Both the position numbers and the translations under genes were made by a program. A stretch of 64,000 bases of DNA from Dehalococcoidia bacterium (lineage in GTDB: Bacteria; Chloroflexota; Dehalococcoidia; UBA2979), in the NCBI GenBank assembly GCA_965219085.1, contig OZ244720.1, positions 1,632,001 to 1,696,000 of the forward strand. Direction: 5' to 3'. Positions 47,103 through 56,707 of this stretch are shown one piece after another. Below the pieces are notes generated by a model. That model was not told the origin of the DNA, did not search any database, and was given only the letters and a program-made list of their open reading frames with translations. Positions within the stretch are counted from its first letter, which is position 1, and each line of letters starts with the position of its first letter.

Positions 47103-47774
47103 CTAGCCGGCGCGCAACGCCCCGGCGTCGAGCCCCGCGAACGCGGCGATCGAGGGGAGCCGCACGTCCGGTGGCGGGTCGATGGACTCGCCCGCGCGGG
47201 CGTAGCGCCCCTGCTCGACGAGCACCGTCGTCACGCGCTCGCCCAGCGCCGTCTTGATCGCGGCGTGGATCGCGGGCTTGTCGTCGACGACGACGTAGTG
47301 GTCGGCGGGGAAGCGCGCGCGGATCTCGTCGAGCTCGCGCTCCTTGTGCGCGTAGACGAGCACGCGGCCCTCGACGGCGGCCTCGATGCCCGCGGTGCGC
47401 GCCTTGTGGCGCTGGAAGCCCGGATGGCCGTCGGTCACCACCACCGGCAGCCCGATGGTGCTCGCGTGCCTGAGGGCGTCGAGCGCGCCGGGGTAGAGCA
47501 GCCAGGCGTAGTCGACGCCGTAGACCGCCTCCGCGAGCGGCGCGAGCAGCGATGCGTCGTCGCGCTCGCGTCCGAGCCGCAGCATCGCCTCGCGTATGTC
47601 GACGAAGCCGAGCGCGGCACGCACCTCCTCGTAGCACGCCCAGAAGCGCGCCGCCGTCGCCTCGCCGAGCGAGGCACGGATGCTGCCGTCGATGGCCGCA
47701 CTCGCGCCGCCGGCGTCGAGCAGCGTGTTGTCGAGGTCGAACAGCAGGACCGTGGAGGCCTCGGGCGTCGTCAC
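47103..47774 (-). CDS. HAD family hydrolase
   Basis: LFDLDNTL, LYPGA, VTDG, VDDK. Confidence 0.88.
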   Translation of the reverse strand: MTTPEASTVLLFDLDNTLLDAGGASAAIDGSIRASLGEATAARFWACYEEVRAALGFVDIREAMLRLGRERDDASLLAPLAEAVYGVDYAWLLYPGALDALRHASTIGLPVVVTDGHPGFQRHKARTAGIEAAVEGRVLVYAHKERELDEIRARFPADHYVVVDDKPAIHAAIKTALGERVTTVLVEQGRYARAGESIDPPPDVRLPSIAAFAGLDAGALRAG

Positions 47775-47787
47775 GGTCCCGGCCGAC

Positions 47788-49023
47788 CTACGCGGCGATG
47801 CGGTCGACGGCGGTCTCGCCGCCCTGCATGACGAGGCTGATGCGCTCGCGCTGCTGCAGCAGCGTGACGTCGGCGAGCGGGTCGCCGTCGACGACGATGA
47901 GGTCGGCGAGCTTCCCCGGCTCGAGGGTGCCGACGTCGGCGTCCACGTGGACGCACTCCGACGCGGTCTTTGTGGTCGCGACGATGGCCTCCATGGGCGT
48001 CATGCCGTGCTGCACCATCAGCTCGAGTTCCCAGGCGTTGGTGCCGTGCGTGCCGACGCCGCAGTCGGTGCCCATCGCGACCTTCACGCCGGCCTCGTGG
48101 GCGGCGCGGAAGCTGCGTGCGTTGGCCTCGATCACCTCGTGCGCCTTGCGCAGCGACTGCGGCAGCACGGACTCGGGCGACGCCTCGGCGTTCAGCACGA
48201 CGCTGCGAGGCGCGTGCAGCGTGGGCACGAGGAACGACCCCTGCTCCTTCATGATCGCGATCGCCTCGTCGTCCAGGTAGAAGCCGTGCTCGATCGACTC
48301 GACGCCGGCGCGCAGCGCGTTCTTGATCCCCTCGGTGGCCTGCGCGTGCGACATGCACGTCTTCCCGTGCATGCGCGCCTCGTAGACCATGACCGCGATC
48401 TCCTCCTGCGTGAACTGAGGCGAGCCCGGCTCGTCCGAGGGGGAGAGCACGCCGCCGGTGGCGTGCAGCTTGATGAAGTCCGCGCCGGCGCGGAGCACGG
48501 TCCGGACCGTCTTGCGCACCTCGTCGGGGCCGTCGCAGATGTGCTCGGGCCACTCCGGCCCGCGTTCGTCGCCGAGCCGACCGCCGGCCGGCATCGTGCC
48601 GTCGCCGTGCCCGCCGGTCTGCGAGAGCGCGACGATGGCGATGCGCATCCGCGGTGCGGCGATCAGCCCGCGCTCGGCGGCGAGCTTGAACCCGGCGGGC
48701 GTGCCGCCTGCGTCGCGCACCGTCGTGAAGCCGGCCTCGAGCGTCTCGCGCGCGTGCTGCGCCGCCTCGAACGCGCCGAGTGTGGGGGGCGTGAGCGCGC
48801 GCTCCTGCATCGTCTTGCTGGAGCCGTAGAAGTGGACGTGCGAGTCGATCATGCCCGGCATGACCGTCGCGCCGCCCACGTCGATGACGCGCGCGCCCTC
48901 GGGCAGCGCGTCGATGCGTCCCACGGCCGCGATGCGGCCATCCTCGATGACCACGCTCGCGTCGGCGACGGGGTCTGCGCCCGTGCCGTCGATGAGGGTG
49001 GCGCCGGTGACGACGGTGGTCAT
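47788..49023 (-). CDS. metal-dependent amidohydrolase (Xaa-Pro dipeptidase-like)
   Basis: PGMIDSHVH, GFTTVRDAGG, GADFIK, SIEHG, GTDCG, PGKLADL. Confidence 0.9.
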   Translation of the reverse strand: MTTVVTGATLIDGTGADPVADASVVIEDGRIAAVGRIDALPEGARVIDVGGATVMPGMIDSHVHFYGSSKTMQERALTPPTLGAFEAAQHARETLEAGFTTVRDAGGTPAGFKLAAERGLIAAPRMRIAIVALSQTGGHGDGTMPAGGRLGDERGPEWPEHICDGPDEVRKTVRTVLRAGADFIKLHATGGVLSPSDEPGSPQFTQEEIAVMVYEARMHGKTCMSHAQATEGIKNALRAGVESIEHGFYLDDEAIAIMKEQGSFLVPTLHAPRSVVLNAEASPESVLPQSLRKAHEVIEANARSFRAAHEAGVKVAMGTDCGVGTHGTNAWELELMVQHGMTPMEAIVATTKTASECVHVDADVGTLEPGKLADLIVVDGDPLADVTLLQQRERISLVMQGGETAVDRIAA

Positions 49024-49115
49024 GTGTGGCCTCCTCGCGCGCTGCGCATGATACGAGGCCTGTGTCTGGTAGTGCCGGTCGCCGTGAGCGGGAGGTGTGA
49101 TGGCGCCACTGTTAG

Positions 49116-49385
49116 GGATGGTCTGATCAGGTGGCGTGTCGGGCGCGGTGGGTATCGATCAGCGTGCCGAGCCGCGCTGTGGGGGCCCGATACCGCAGTC
49201 CAGGGGTGGTCTCGCCTCCATGTCGCTCCGGAAGCGCTCCGGCGGGCGATTCGGGACGCACGGCTCCCGCGATCACGCGAGCTGAGGCTCGGCTCGCAAC
49301 AGGTTCGTGAAACCGAGCAGCAGCATGAGATGCTGGCGGTTCTTCTCAAGACCCCGGTAGCGCACCTTCGCGTACCCGAAGTGCC
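49116..49385 (-). mobile_element. truncated IS5 remnant (one end plus transposase C-terminus)
   Basis: Nearly identical to 37444-37713; TTAG flank; similarity stops at ...CCCGAAGTGCC. Confidence 0.9.
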
Positions 49386-49704
49386 GGAGGTCGGTCGCCC
49401 GAACAAGTTCGGTCTCCGCGTTCAGGGCGGCGATCTCGCGGAAGTGAGTCCGGAGTTCCCGGAGCTCCTCAGATTCCCCACTGGACGCAGCATCCGTAGT
49501 CACGGGCGTTCACCTGGACCTTCATCACGGGGATTGGGACACGATAGCGGAAGACCCGCGATCGACTCTTCACCCTGTCGCATGAGATCCCACAGGAACG
49601 GGGCTGGGAGGTCGGCAGGTCACTCGCCACCCCAGCCGAAGGACACACGAGCAATACGTCCGCCACCAACGCGAACCGCAACGGCCAGCTGCGCGTTCCG
49701 CGGT

Positions 49705-50736
49705 TCAGTCCGCGAACTCGCCCGCCGCCTCCGCCCCCAACTCCCCCACGATGAAGTCCCGCACCAGCGGGAACACCGGGCGCTGCCAGGCGCCGGCGAG
49801 ATCCTGCCACACCGCGCGGATCAGGAACGCGAACACGTAGCCCTCGCTCGGGGCGTCCGCGGGGCGGGCGTAGCCCGCTGAGACGCGGTAGCCGATCGGG
49901 GTCGGCGAGGTCCAGTAGCCCGCCTTCTGGCCGTACACGTAGCCCTCGACGCCCCACTCGGGGGGGAACGGCCAGAAGGCCGGGCCCAACTCAGGGCGCG
50001 TCGCGAGGTCGAGCAGGTACGCCGTGCGCTCCTCGTCGAGTTGCTCCCCGCGCACGAGCGAGACCCAGACGCGCGCGAGGTCGTGCGCGGTGAGGTGGGC
50101 GTAGCGCCAGCTGTGCTCGTACTCCGACGCCTCCGAGACGCCCGCCCGTTCCAGCACGGCGGCGATCTGCTCCGTGGTCACCTTGCCGTTGAGCCGGTCG
50201 GAGTGCGCGTCGAGCGACTTCGAGAGGATGATCTCGATGTCGCCCTGGACCTCTCCCTCGAACGCCAGCTCGCCGTCCTGCACGGCCCGCAGTGCGGTGA
50301 TCACGATCACGATCTTCCCCGCCGACGCCGGGTACTGGCCGTGCTCGGGGTTCACGAGGATCGTCTCGTCGCAGTCGAGGTCGACGAGGGCGAGCCCCCA
50401 GCCTCCGACGTACCCGCTCATCGCCTCCTCGACATCCTCGCGGAGCGCCGCGCCGCGATCCTCCAGCCCTTCGCAGCGGGCGAGGCGGGGGTCGGGTGCG
50501 GGTGTCGGCGGGGGCGTCCGCGTCGGTGTGGCGGTCGGGGTCGGCGTGGGCGTCGGGATCGGCGCTAGCGTGGGGGTGGGTGTTGGGCTGGGCGCGGGTG
50601 TCGAAGTGGGTGTCAGTGTGGCCGTGGGCGCGGCCGTCGCGACAGCGTCGGGCCGCTCCTCCGTGTCGGTGCAGGCGGTTACGAGGCCCGCGAGGAGCAG
50701 GCCGGCGAGCAGGAAGGACGGGGGCCGCGGCCGCAT
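49705..50736 (-). CDS. lipoprotein serine hydrolase (class A beta-lactamase / PBP-like fold)
   Basis: LVTAC, PT linker, PASAGK (SxxK), SLD, QKAG. Confidence 0.8.
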   Translation of the reverse strand: MRPRPPSFLLAGLLLAGLVTACTDTEERPDAVATAAPTATLTPTSTPAPSPTPTPTLAPIPTPTPTPTATPTRTPPPTPAPDPRLARCEGLEDRGAALREDVEEAMSGYVGGWGLALVDLDCDETILVNPEHGQYPASAGKIVIVITALRAVQDGELAFEGEVQGDIEIILSKSLDAHSDRLNGKVTTEQIAAVLERAGVSEASEYEHSWRYAHLTAHDLARVWVSLVRGEQLDEERTAYLLDLATRPELGPAFWPFPPEWGVEGYVYGQKAGYWTSPTPIGYRVSAGYARPADAPSEGYVFAFLIRAVWQDLAGAWQRPVFPLVRDFIVGELGAEAAGEFAD

Positions 50737-50807
50737 CGACGCCTCCTGCGGAGCGTTCGTTCGCACGCAATGCAGTCTCAGTGCGCGAAGGGTCGCACGA
50801 AGGGCTG

Positions 50808-51206
50808 CTACGCCCCCATCAGCACGGCGCCATCCTCCCTGGAGAGGCGCCGATCGAAGGTGCGGAGATGCAGCGCGCCCACCCGCTGCGCAGCCGCAAG
50901 GATCATCAGGTCGGCGAAGTCGGGCCCGCCTTCTCGATAGCGGTGCGTTACGAGAGCCACATCGTCCGCAACTTCGATCACGAGGCTGTCCGTGGCGATG
51001 AGCCCAATGAGCATGTCCGCGATATCAGTACGCGCGAACCGGTACGAGCGCTCGAGCACCCACACCAACTCGATCGCCACCTCACGGCAGATGAAGCCGG
51101 GCTCGACAGCGGACAGGCCCTCAAGGAGTATCCGCGCGGATTCCGCCATCTCCTCGTCGTCCCGGACGAGGTAGCGCACCAGGACGTTGGTATCTACCGC
51201 GATCAA
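50808..51206 (-). CDS. vapC: VapC PIN-domain toxin
   Basis: IAVDTNVLVR, E..WVL, DFAD, TFDR. Confidence 0.9.
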   Translation of the reverse strand: MIAVDTNVLVRYLVRDDEEMAESARILLEGLSAVEPGFICREVAIELVWVLERSYRFARTDIADMLIGLIATDSLVIEVADDVALVTHRYREGGPDFADLMILAAAQRVGALHLRTFDRRLSREDGAVLMGA

Positions 51207-51436
51207 GCTCTGCGCGCCCCATCCGCAATGGCGTCATCCATGTCCTCGAGCGTGACGGGCGGGCCGTCGTACTTCAGGGCGCCGAAGAGCCGGTTGATGG
51301 GACGGACGGCCACGATGCGCACCTCGTCGCCCTGGATGATGTACCGCACGCGATCGCCGGGCTGCACGTGCAGTGCCTCACGAACAGCCTTCGGTAGTGT
51401 GGTCTGCCCCTTCGCAGTGATTCTGGATTCGACCAT
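51203..51436 (-). CDS. AbrB/MazE/SpoVT family antitoxin
   Basis: SRITAKGQTTLPKAVREAL..GD.V. Confidence 0.9.
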   Translation of the reverse strand: MVESRITAKGQTTLPKAVREALHVQPGDRVRYIIQGDEVRIVAVRPINRLFGALKYDGPPVTLEDMDDAIADGARRA

Positions 51437-51462
51437 TCATCACACCTTAAACGCATTACATT

Positions 51463-51494
51463 TGTTACATTCGCATTACCACGCGAGTGTAACA
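51463..51494. promoter_or_regulatory. inverted repeat, probable antitoxin operator
   Basis: TGTTACATTCGC-n8-GCGAGTGTAACA (11/12 match) upstream of the antitoxin. Confidence 0.6.
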
Positions 51495-51550
51495 CGGACG
51501 GACCTCGCCGCATCACGCAGGGCGAGGCCCACCTTGCGCGTCACGACCGG

Positions 51551-52859
51551 CTACGCGGCCGACGTGTCCGCGCCCATGAGGGCGTGGGTGACCGTCGCGG
51601 GAGACTGGCCGCGCAGGCTGGCGGCGGGCGGCCGCGCGAAGGCGAAGAACAGCGCGCCCATCGAGGCGAAGAAGGCGAGCACCAGGAAGCTCACGCGGTA
51701 GCTCCCCGTCTGGTCGTACATGATGCCGGCGAACGTCGGGCCGATGATCATGCCGGACATGATCACCAGCGATGAGAACCCCATGATCGTCCCGAACGAG
51801 CGACGCCCGAAGTAGTCGGCGCGGATCGCCATCTGCAGCGGCGCGCGCAGCCCCCACGCCGCGCCGTTGATCGCCACCGACAGGTACACCATCGGCAGCG
51901 CCGGCGCGATCGCCAGCAGGAAGATCGCGAAGCCGTGGCCGAGCAGCGCGCCCACGATCAGCGGCCGCTTCGGCCAGCGGTCGCCGAGGTACGCCCCGGC
52001 CAGCTGGCCGATGATCTGGCCCACGGTCTGGATCGTGATCGCGAACGCGGCGAGGGCGAGGCTGTAGCCGAGGTCCTCGTGGATGTAGATCACGAGGTGC
52101 ACCATCAGCGCGCCGATGGACGAGCAGCGCCGAGGCCTGGCCGAGCGAGATCAGCCAGAACGACGACGTGCGCAGCGCGTCGGCCGTACCCATGCCCCAC
52201 TCTTCCTCCTCGTCGGGGTCGTCTGTGAGCTCGGCGTACGAGCTCGCGCCGTCGGGCAGCAGTCCGTGGTCCTCGGGGCGGTGACGGATGGCGCGGGCGA
52301 GCGGGAGGCCGATCACGAGCACCACGACGCTCGAGGCGAAGGCGGCCGTGCGCCAGCCGATGCTCTCGATGACGAGCGCCATGGGCGTGGCGGCGAAGCC
52401 ACCGATCGCGAATCCCATCGACAGCATCCCGAGGGCGAACGAGCGGCGTCGGCGGAACCAGTTGACGACCGCAACGACGAGCGAGAGGAAGCTGCTGAGC
52501 GACGCGCCGATCGCGATCAGCATGAACGAGATGTAGAAGGTCCAGGCATCCTGCACGAAGGCCAACATCATGAAGCCGATGGCGAACAGCACCATGCCCG
52601 CATACATGATCCGTCGCGGCCCGTAGTTGTCGATCGCCCAGCCCTGGATCGGGCCGAGGATGCCGCTCTCCGCGCGCTGCATCGCGAACGCGATCGAGAA
52701 CGTCGTGCGGCTCCAGCCGAAGTCGGCCTGCATCAGCGCCACGTACGTCCCGAACGAGTGGGACATCAGCATGCCGAGCATCAGCTGCGTGCAGAAGCCC
52801 GCACCGACGATCCACCAACCGTAGAAGATCGCCGGGCGCTCGGGCGCCCCGGCGGTCAC
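51551..52859 (-). pseudogene. MFS transporter split by a single-base frameshift (or sequencing error)
   Basis: N-half FYGWWIV...ASALLV and C-half IGALMVHLV...DYFGRRSFG are in different frames; one extra base near 52118. Confidence 0.8.
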
Positions 52860-52869
52860 GAGGCGTCGC

Positions 52870-55476
52870 TCACGAGGCAGCGAAGGCGCGGCAGCGGATC
52901 GCACGCTCGAGGTCGTCGTTGGCCTCGCGCAGCGAGCGCTGGAGCAGCGGCAGGCGGTCGCCGAGGTCGGCGAGCGCTGCTCGCGAGCGCTCGATCACGC
53001 GCTCCTCGACGCGGCCGTGCGGGAACAGGCTCGCGAAGTACGAGCGGGTGAACTGGTTCTCGCCGGTCTCGAACACGCCCGGGACGCGGTCGAAGAACTC
53101 CATCGTCCACCGCTCGAGCATCTCGCGCTGGACGTGCCAGTGGAAGCCGGCCATCGCCGCGGCGGTGAGGTGCAGCGAGCCGTAGCCTTCCTCGTGGAAG
53201 CGACGCCACGCCTCGGCCTTCACCGCGGCGTCGGGCACGGCCACCTCGGCGCGCAGCCCGGCGCGTTCCCCGCGGTCCGAGGGGTCGCGCTCACGCTCGG
53301 CGGCGATGCGGTCGGCGGCGCCGTCGAGGCCGTGCGCGACGGCGCGCGTGGCGATCTCCCAGCGCATGTCCTGGTCGATCGTGAGGCCGGGCACAGCGAG
53401 CTCGCCGTCGGCGAGCGCGATCACGCGTGCGATGTCCTCCGGCGTAATCGCGAGCCCGACCAGCGTGCGGGCCCAGATGATCTGCCCGTCGCTCGTCGCG
53501 GCGCCCGGAACGGCGGCCCAGCCTGTCGTCGACGGTGCGACGCCCGGTGCGCCCTCGGAGAGCGCGCCCCACGCAAGCTCCGAGAAGCGGTGCGCCTGCT
53601 CCTCGCGCTGGGCGTCGGGGACGTAGCGCGCGATCGCGGCGGTGACAGTGGCGAGCACGGTCTCGATCAGCTCGATGTCCGTCTCACCCACCACCTTCGG
53701 GGCGGCGAGCGGGAGGTAGTCGGTCGACTTGAGCTGCTGGTCGCGGACCATGTTCCACAGCGCCTGCCAGATCAGCTGGCGTAGGAGCGGGTCCTCGACA
53801 CGCTCGAGGTGCTCGCGCACGTAGTCGAGCGAGCGGTCGTCGAGGGCGACCTTCACGAAGGCGTGGTCGCCGAGGTTCGGCATGACCAGCACCGGCTCGG
53901 GCGTGCCGACAGCCGCCGGCGCCTCGGTGCGCTCGCCGTCGACCGAGACGGGCACGCCCGCGACGTCGAGCGAGCCGTTCGACTCGGTGACCAACGCAAT
54001 GTCGAGCTGGTGGGGCCGCAGCGTCGGGTAGTCGTCCGGCGCGGTCTGGTCGAGCGCGAACGCGGTCAGCGCGCCGCCCTCGGCGTGCCAGTCCGCGCTG
54101 ATGGTGTTGAGCGAGGGCGTCTCGAGCCACAGTGCAGCCCACGCGTGCAGGTCGCGCTCGACGCCCTCGTCGATGGCGTCGAGGAACTCGGCGAGCGTGG
54201 TGTTGCCGAAGGCGTGGCGCTGGAAGTAGCGGCGCATGCCGTCGCGGAAGTCCTCGACGCCGACAGTGGCGACGAGCTGCTTGAGCACGGCCGCGCCCTT
54301 GCCGTAGGTGATGCCGTCGAAGTTGAGGAAGGTCGCGTCGGTGTCCGGGACCTGCCCGGCGATGGGATGGGTGGTGACGAGCTGGTCCTGGCGGTAGGCC
54401 CATGCCTTCATGCCGGAGTTGAACGCCAGCCACGCCGACTGGAAGCGGGTCGCCTCGGACAGCGAGAGGTACGCCATGTAGGTCGCGAAGCTCTCGTTGA
54501 GCCAGAGGTCGTTCCACCAGCGCATCGTCACGAGGTCGCCGAACCACATGTGCGCCATCTCGTGGAGGATCACCTCGGCGCGGCCGAGCCGTTGGTTCTC
54601 GGTCGGCGGGTCGCGGTAGACCATGCGCTCGGAGTGGGTGATCGCGCCGACGTTCTCCATCGCGCCGAAGTTGAACTCGGGCACGAAGACCTGGTCGTAC
54701 TTGTGGAAGGCGTACGGGTAGCCGAAGAAGTCCGCGTAGAAGTCGAGCCCCTGCCTGGTCACCTCGAACAGCTCGTCCTCGTCGAGGTACTGCGCGAGCG
54801 AGCCGCGGCAGTAGAAACCGAGCGGGATGCCGTGGTGCTCGTCGCGTACGACGTGATACGGCCCGGCGATGAGCGCGAACAGGTACGTCGAGAAGCGTTC
54901 GGTCTGCTCGAAGCGGCGGCGCAGCCGCCCGTCCGGCAGCTCCTCGCGCTCGGCCTCGCTCGTGTTCGCGACCAGCTCCCACTCGGCGGGCGCGTCGACC
55001 GTGAGCGCGTAGCTCGCTTTGAGGTCCGGCTGGTCGAAGCACGGGAAGAAGCGATGGCACGCGTAGGGTTCGAAGTTGGTGTAGAGGTACTCGCTGCCGT
55101 CCTCGGGGTCGATGAACTGGTGGAAGCCGTCGCCGGTGTGGTCGTAGTCGTGCTCGAAGACGATCCGCACCTCGTTGGTCGCCGCGAGCGCGTCGCCCGG
55201 CAGCGTCAGCCGGTAGTCGGTCTCGACGGGCTCGACTTCGACGCCGTTGACCTCGAGGCGCTCGATGCCGCCGCCGGTGTGGTCGAGGAAGACGTCGTCG
55301 CCGCCGCCGTCTCCCCCGGAGAGGGCGAAGCGGATGGTGACGTCGCCGCGGTAGCGCTCGGCGCCGCCGGTGAGGTCGAGGTGGAGGTCATACGAGACGT
55401 CGCTGACGCGCTCCGCGCGCGCGCTCGCCTCTTCCTGCGTCAGGCTGTCGCGCACGGCGACGGGCTCGGTAGTCAT
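52870..55476 (-). CDS. pepN: aminopeptidase N (M1)
   Basis: FPCFDQPDLK, GAMEN, HEMAHMWFGDLVT..WW..LWLNESFA, FDGITYGKG. Confidence 0.95.
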   Translation of the reverse strand: MTTEPVAVRDSLTQEEASARAERVSDVSYDLHLDLTGGAERYRGDVTIRFALSGGDGGGDDVFLDHTGGGIERLEVNGVEVEPVETDYRLTLPGDALAATNEVRIVFEHDYDHTGDGFHQFIDPEDGSEYLYTNFEPYACHRFFPCFDQPDLKASYALTVDAPAEWELVANTSEAEREELPDGRLRRRFEQTERFSTYLFALIAGPYHVVRDEHHGIPLGFYCRGSLAQYLDEDELFEVTRQGLDFYADFFGYPYAFHKYDQVFVPEFNFGAMENVGAITHSERMVYRDPPTENQRLGRAEVILHEMAHMWFGDLVTMRWWNDLWLNESFATYMAYLSLSEATRFQSAWLAFNSGMKAWAYRQDQLVTTHPIAGQVPDTDATFLNFDGITYGKGAAVLKQLVATVGVEDFRDGMRRYFQRHAFGNTTLAEFLDAIDEGVERDLHAWAALWLETPSLNTISADWHAEGGALTAFALDQTAPDDYPTLRPHQLDIALVTESNGSLDVAGVPVSVDGERTEAPAAVGTPEPVLVMPNLGDHAFVKVALDDRSLDYVREHLERVEDPLLRQLIWQALWNMVRDQQLKSTDYLPLAAPKVVGETDIELIETVLATVTAAIARYVPDAQREEQAHRFSELAWGALSEGAPGVAPSTTGWAAVPGAATSDGQIIWARTLVGLAITPEDIARVIALADGELAVPGLTIDQDMRWEIATRAVAHGLDGAADRIAAERERDPSDRGERAGLRAEVAVPDAAVKAEAWRRFHEEGYGSLHLTAAAMAGFHWHVQREMLERWTMEFFDRVPGVFETGENQFTRSYFASLFPHGRVEERVIERSRAALADLGDRLPLLQRSLREANDDLERAIRCRAFAAS

Positions 55477-55626
55477 CGGTACCTCTCGGAGCAAGCGTGG
55501 ATGGCCGCAGGGTATCCCTGCGTACAGCTGCCGATACTGGGGTCGGCGCGCTGGCTATCGAGTATACCGAGCGCTGCGTGACGGGCGACGCCCGCCGGGG
55601 GCGCCGCGTCGGGTACGCCGAGGAGG

Positions 55627-55836
55627 CTACATCTCCTCGGTCTTCTCGCCGGAGAGGTAGGAGGCCGGGTCTTCCTCGAAGCCGAGACGGCAGCCGGCGC
55701 CACAGAAGTAGTACGTCGTGCCCTCGTGCTCGTAGGAGCCGCCGGGCGGGTTCTTCGTGTCGACGTCCATGCCGCAGCATGGGTCGGTCGCTGTGCTGTC
55801 GCCACCGCGCAGGAAGTCGAGAACCTTGCTCACCAT
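55627..55836 (-). CDS. YHS domain protein
   Basis: DPCCGMDVD...YEHEGTTYYFCGAGC...F..DP..YL. Confidence 0.88.
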   Translation of the reverse strand: MVSKVLDFLRGGDSTATDPCCGMDVDTKNPPGGSYEHEGTTYYFCGAGCRLGFEEDPASYLSGEKTEEM

Positions 55837-55847
55837 CGTCAGTGTCC

Positions 55848-56609
55848 TTACGTCGTGTGCCCTGACGTCTCCGGGCCGCCGGGCGGCGGCTCCTCGGGCC
55901 GGCTCTCGCCGCCGCCGCGCCACACCCGCACACCGGCGGTCGCGACCATCGCCACCGCGAGGCCGAACCACGTCAAAGCGTACTCCATATGCGGTGTCGT
56001 GTTCGTGTAGCCCTGGTACAGCGTGACGGGCCGCTCCGGCGGCGCGCTGCGCGGGAACTGCTCGACGAGCTCGCCCGCCGTCGCTCGCCACGGTACGACG
56101 TCGTACGGTAGCAGCTCGGCGATCGAGGCGACGTCGAAGCGCGTCCACGAGCCGTCGGGGCCCTGCGTCGCGCGCAGGCTGCGCCCGGCGCGGATCAGCC
56201 CGTCGAGGCCCTCGTCCTCGTCGGCGAGGATCGCGAGCACGGCCTCGCGCTCCGCGGCCGGGTACCAGCCGCGGTTGACGAGCACGGCGGGGCCGCCGCC
56301 CGCGGGGCGCAGCGGCACCACGACCTCCTCGCCGCGCTGCCCGAAGCGCATGCGGTTCGCGATCACCTGCAGGCGGTCGTAGTCCCACTCGCCGGCGAGG
56401 GCGAGGCGACGGTAGTCGAGGTCAGCGTCGGGTATCGAGGCGGCCTCGACGGGTGTGAGCGGGGCTGCGGCGACGCGCGCGTCGAGCTCGCGCGCGAGGT
56501 CGTGCTTGTAGTCGTTGCGCGTGAGCTGCCACGCGCCAAGGCCGGAGAGCACGACGGCGCCCGCCGCCGCGAGGGCGAGCAGCAGCAGCGTCGAGCGTGG
56601 CATTCGCAT
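55848..56609 (-). CDS. SURF1 family protein
   Basis: LGAWQL.R, VLVNRGW, HMEYALTWFGLA. Confidence 0.92.
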   Translation of the reverse strand: MRMPRSTLLLLALAAAGAVVLSGLGAWQLTRNDYKHDLARELDARVAAAPLTPVEAASIPDADLDYRRLALAGEWDYDRLQVIANRMRFGQRGEEVVVPLRPAGGGPAVLVNRGWYPAAEREAVLAILADEDEGLDGLIRAGRSLRATQGPDGSWTRFDVASIAELLPYDVVPWRATAGELVEQFPRSAPPERPVTLYQGYTNTTPHMEYALTWFGLAVAMVATAGVRVWRGGGESRPEEPPPGGPETSGHTT

Positions 56610-56707
56610 GCCTCGATGCTACCGCGTGACCGGGGCCTGGGGATTGACGCCTCCCATACGCTGCCGAGGCAGCCTCGCGGCCCTGCGAGCGCCGAGGGAC
56701 GGCGTCC

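Noticed and set aside
49273-49503. 76-aa ORF as a real gene
   Set aside because: Chimera of the IS5 transposase C-terminus with unrelated flanking sequence at the truncation point.
50490-50640. Low-complexity repeats (also ~3290-3390 and ~57350-57470)
   Set aside because: They encode ordinary Pro/Thr or acidic linkers of exported proteins.
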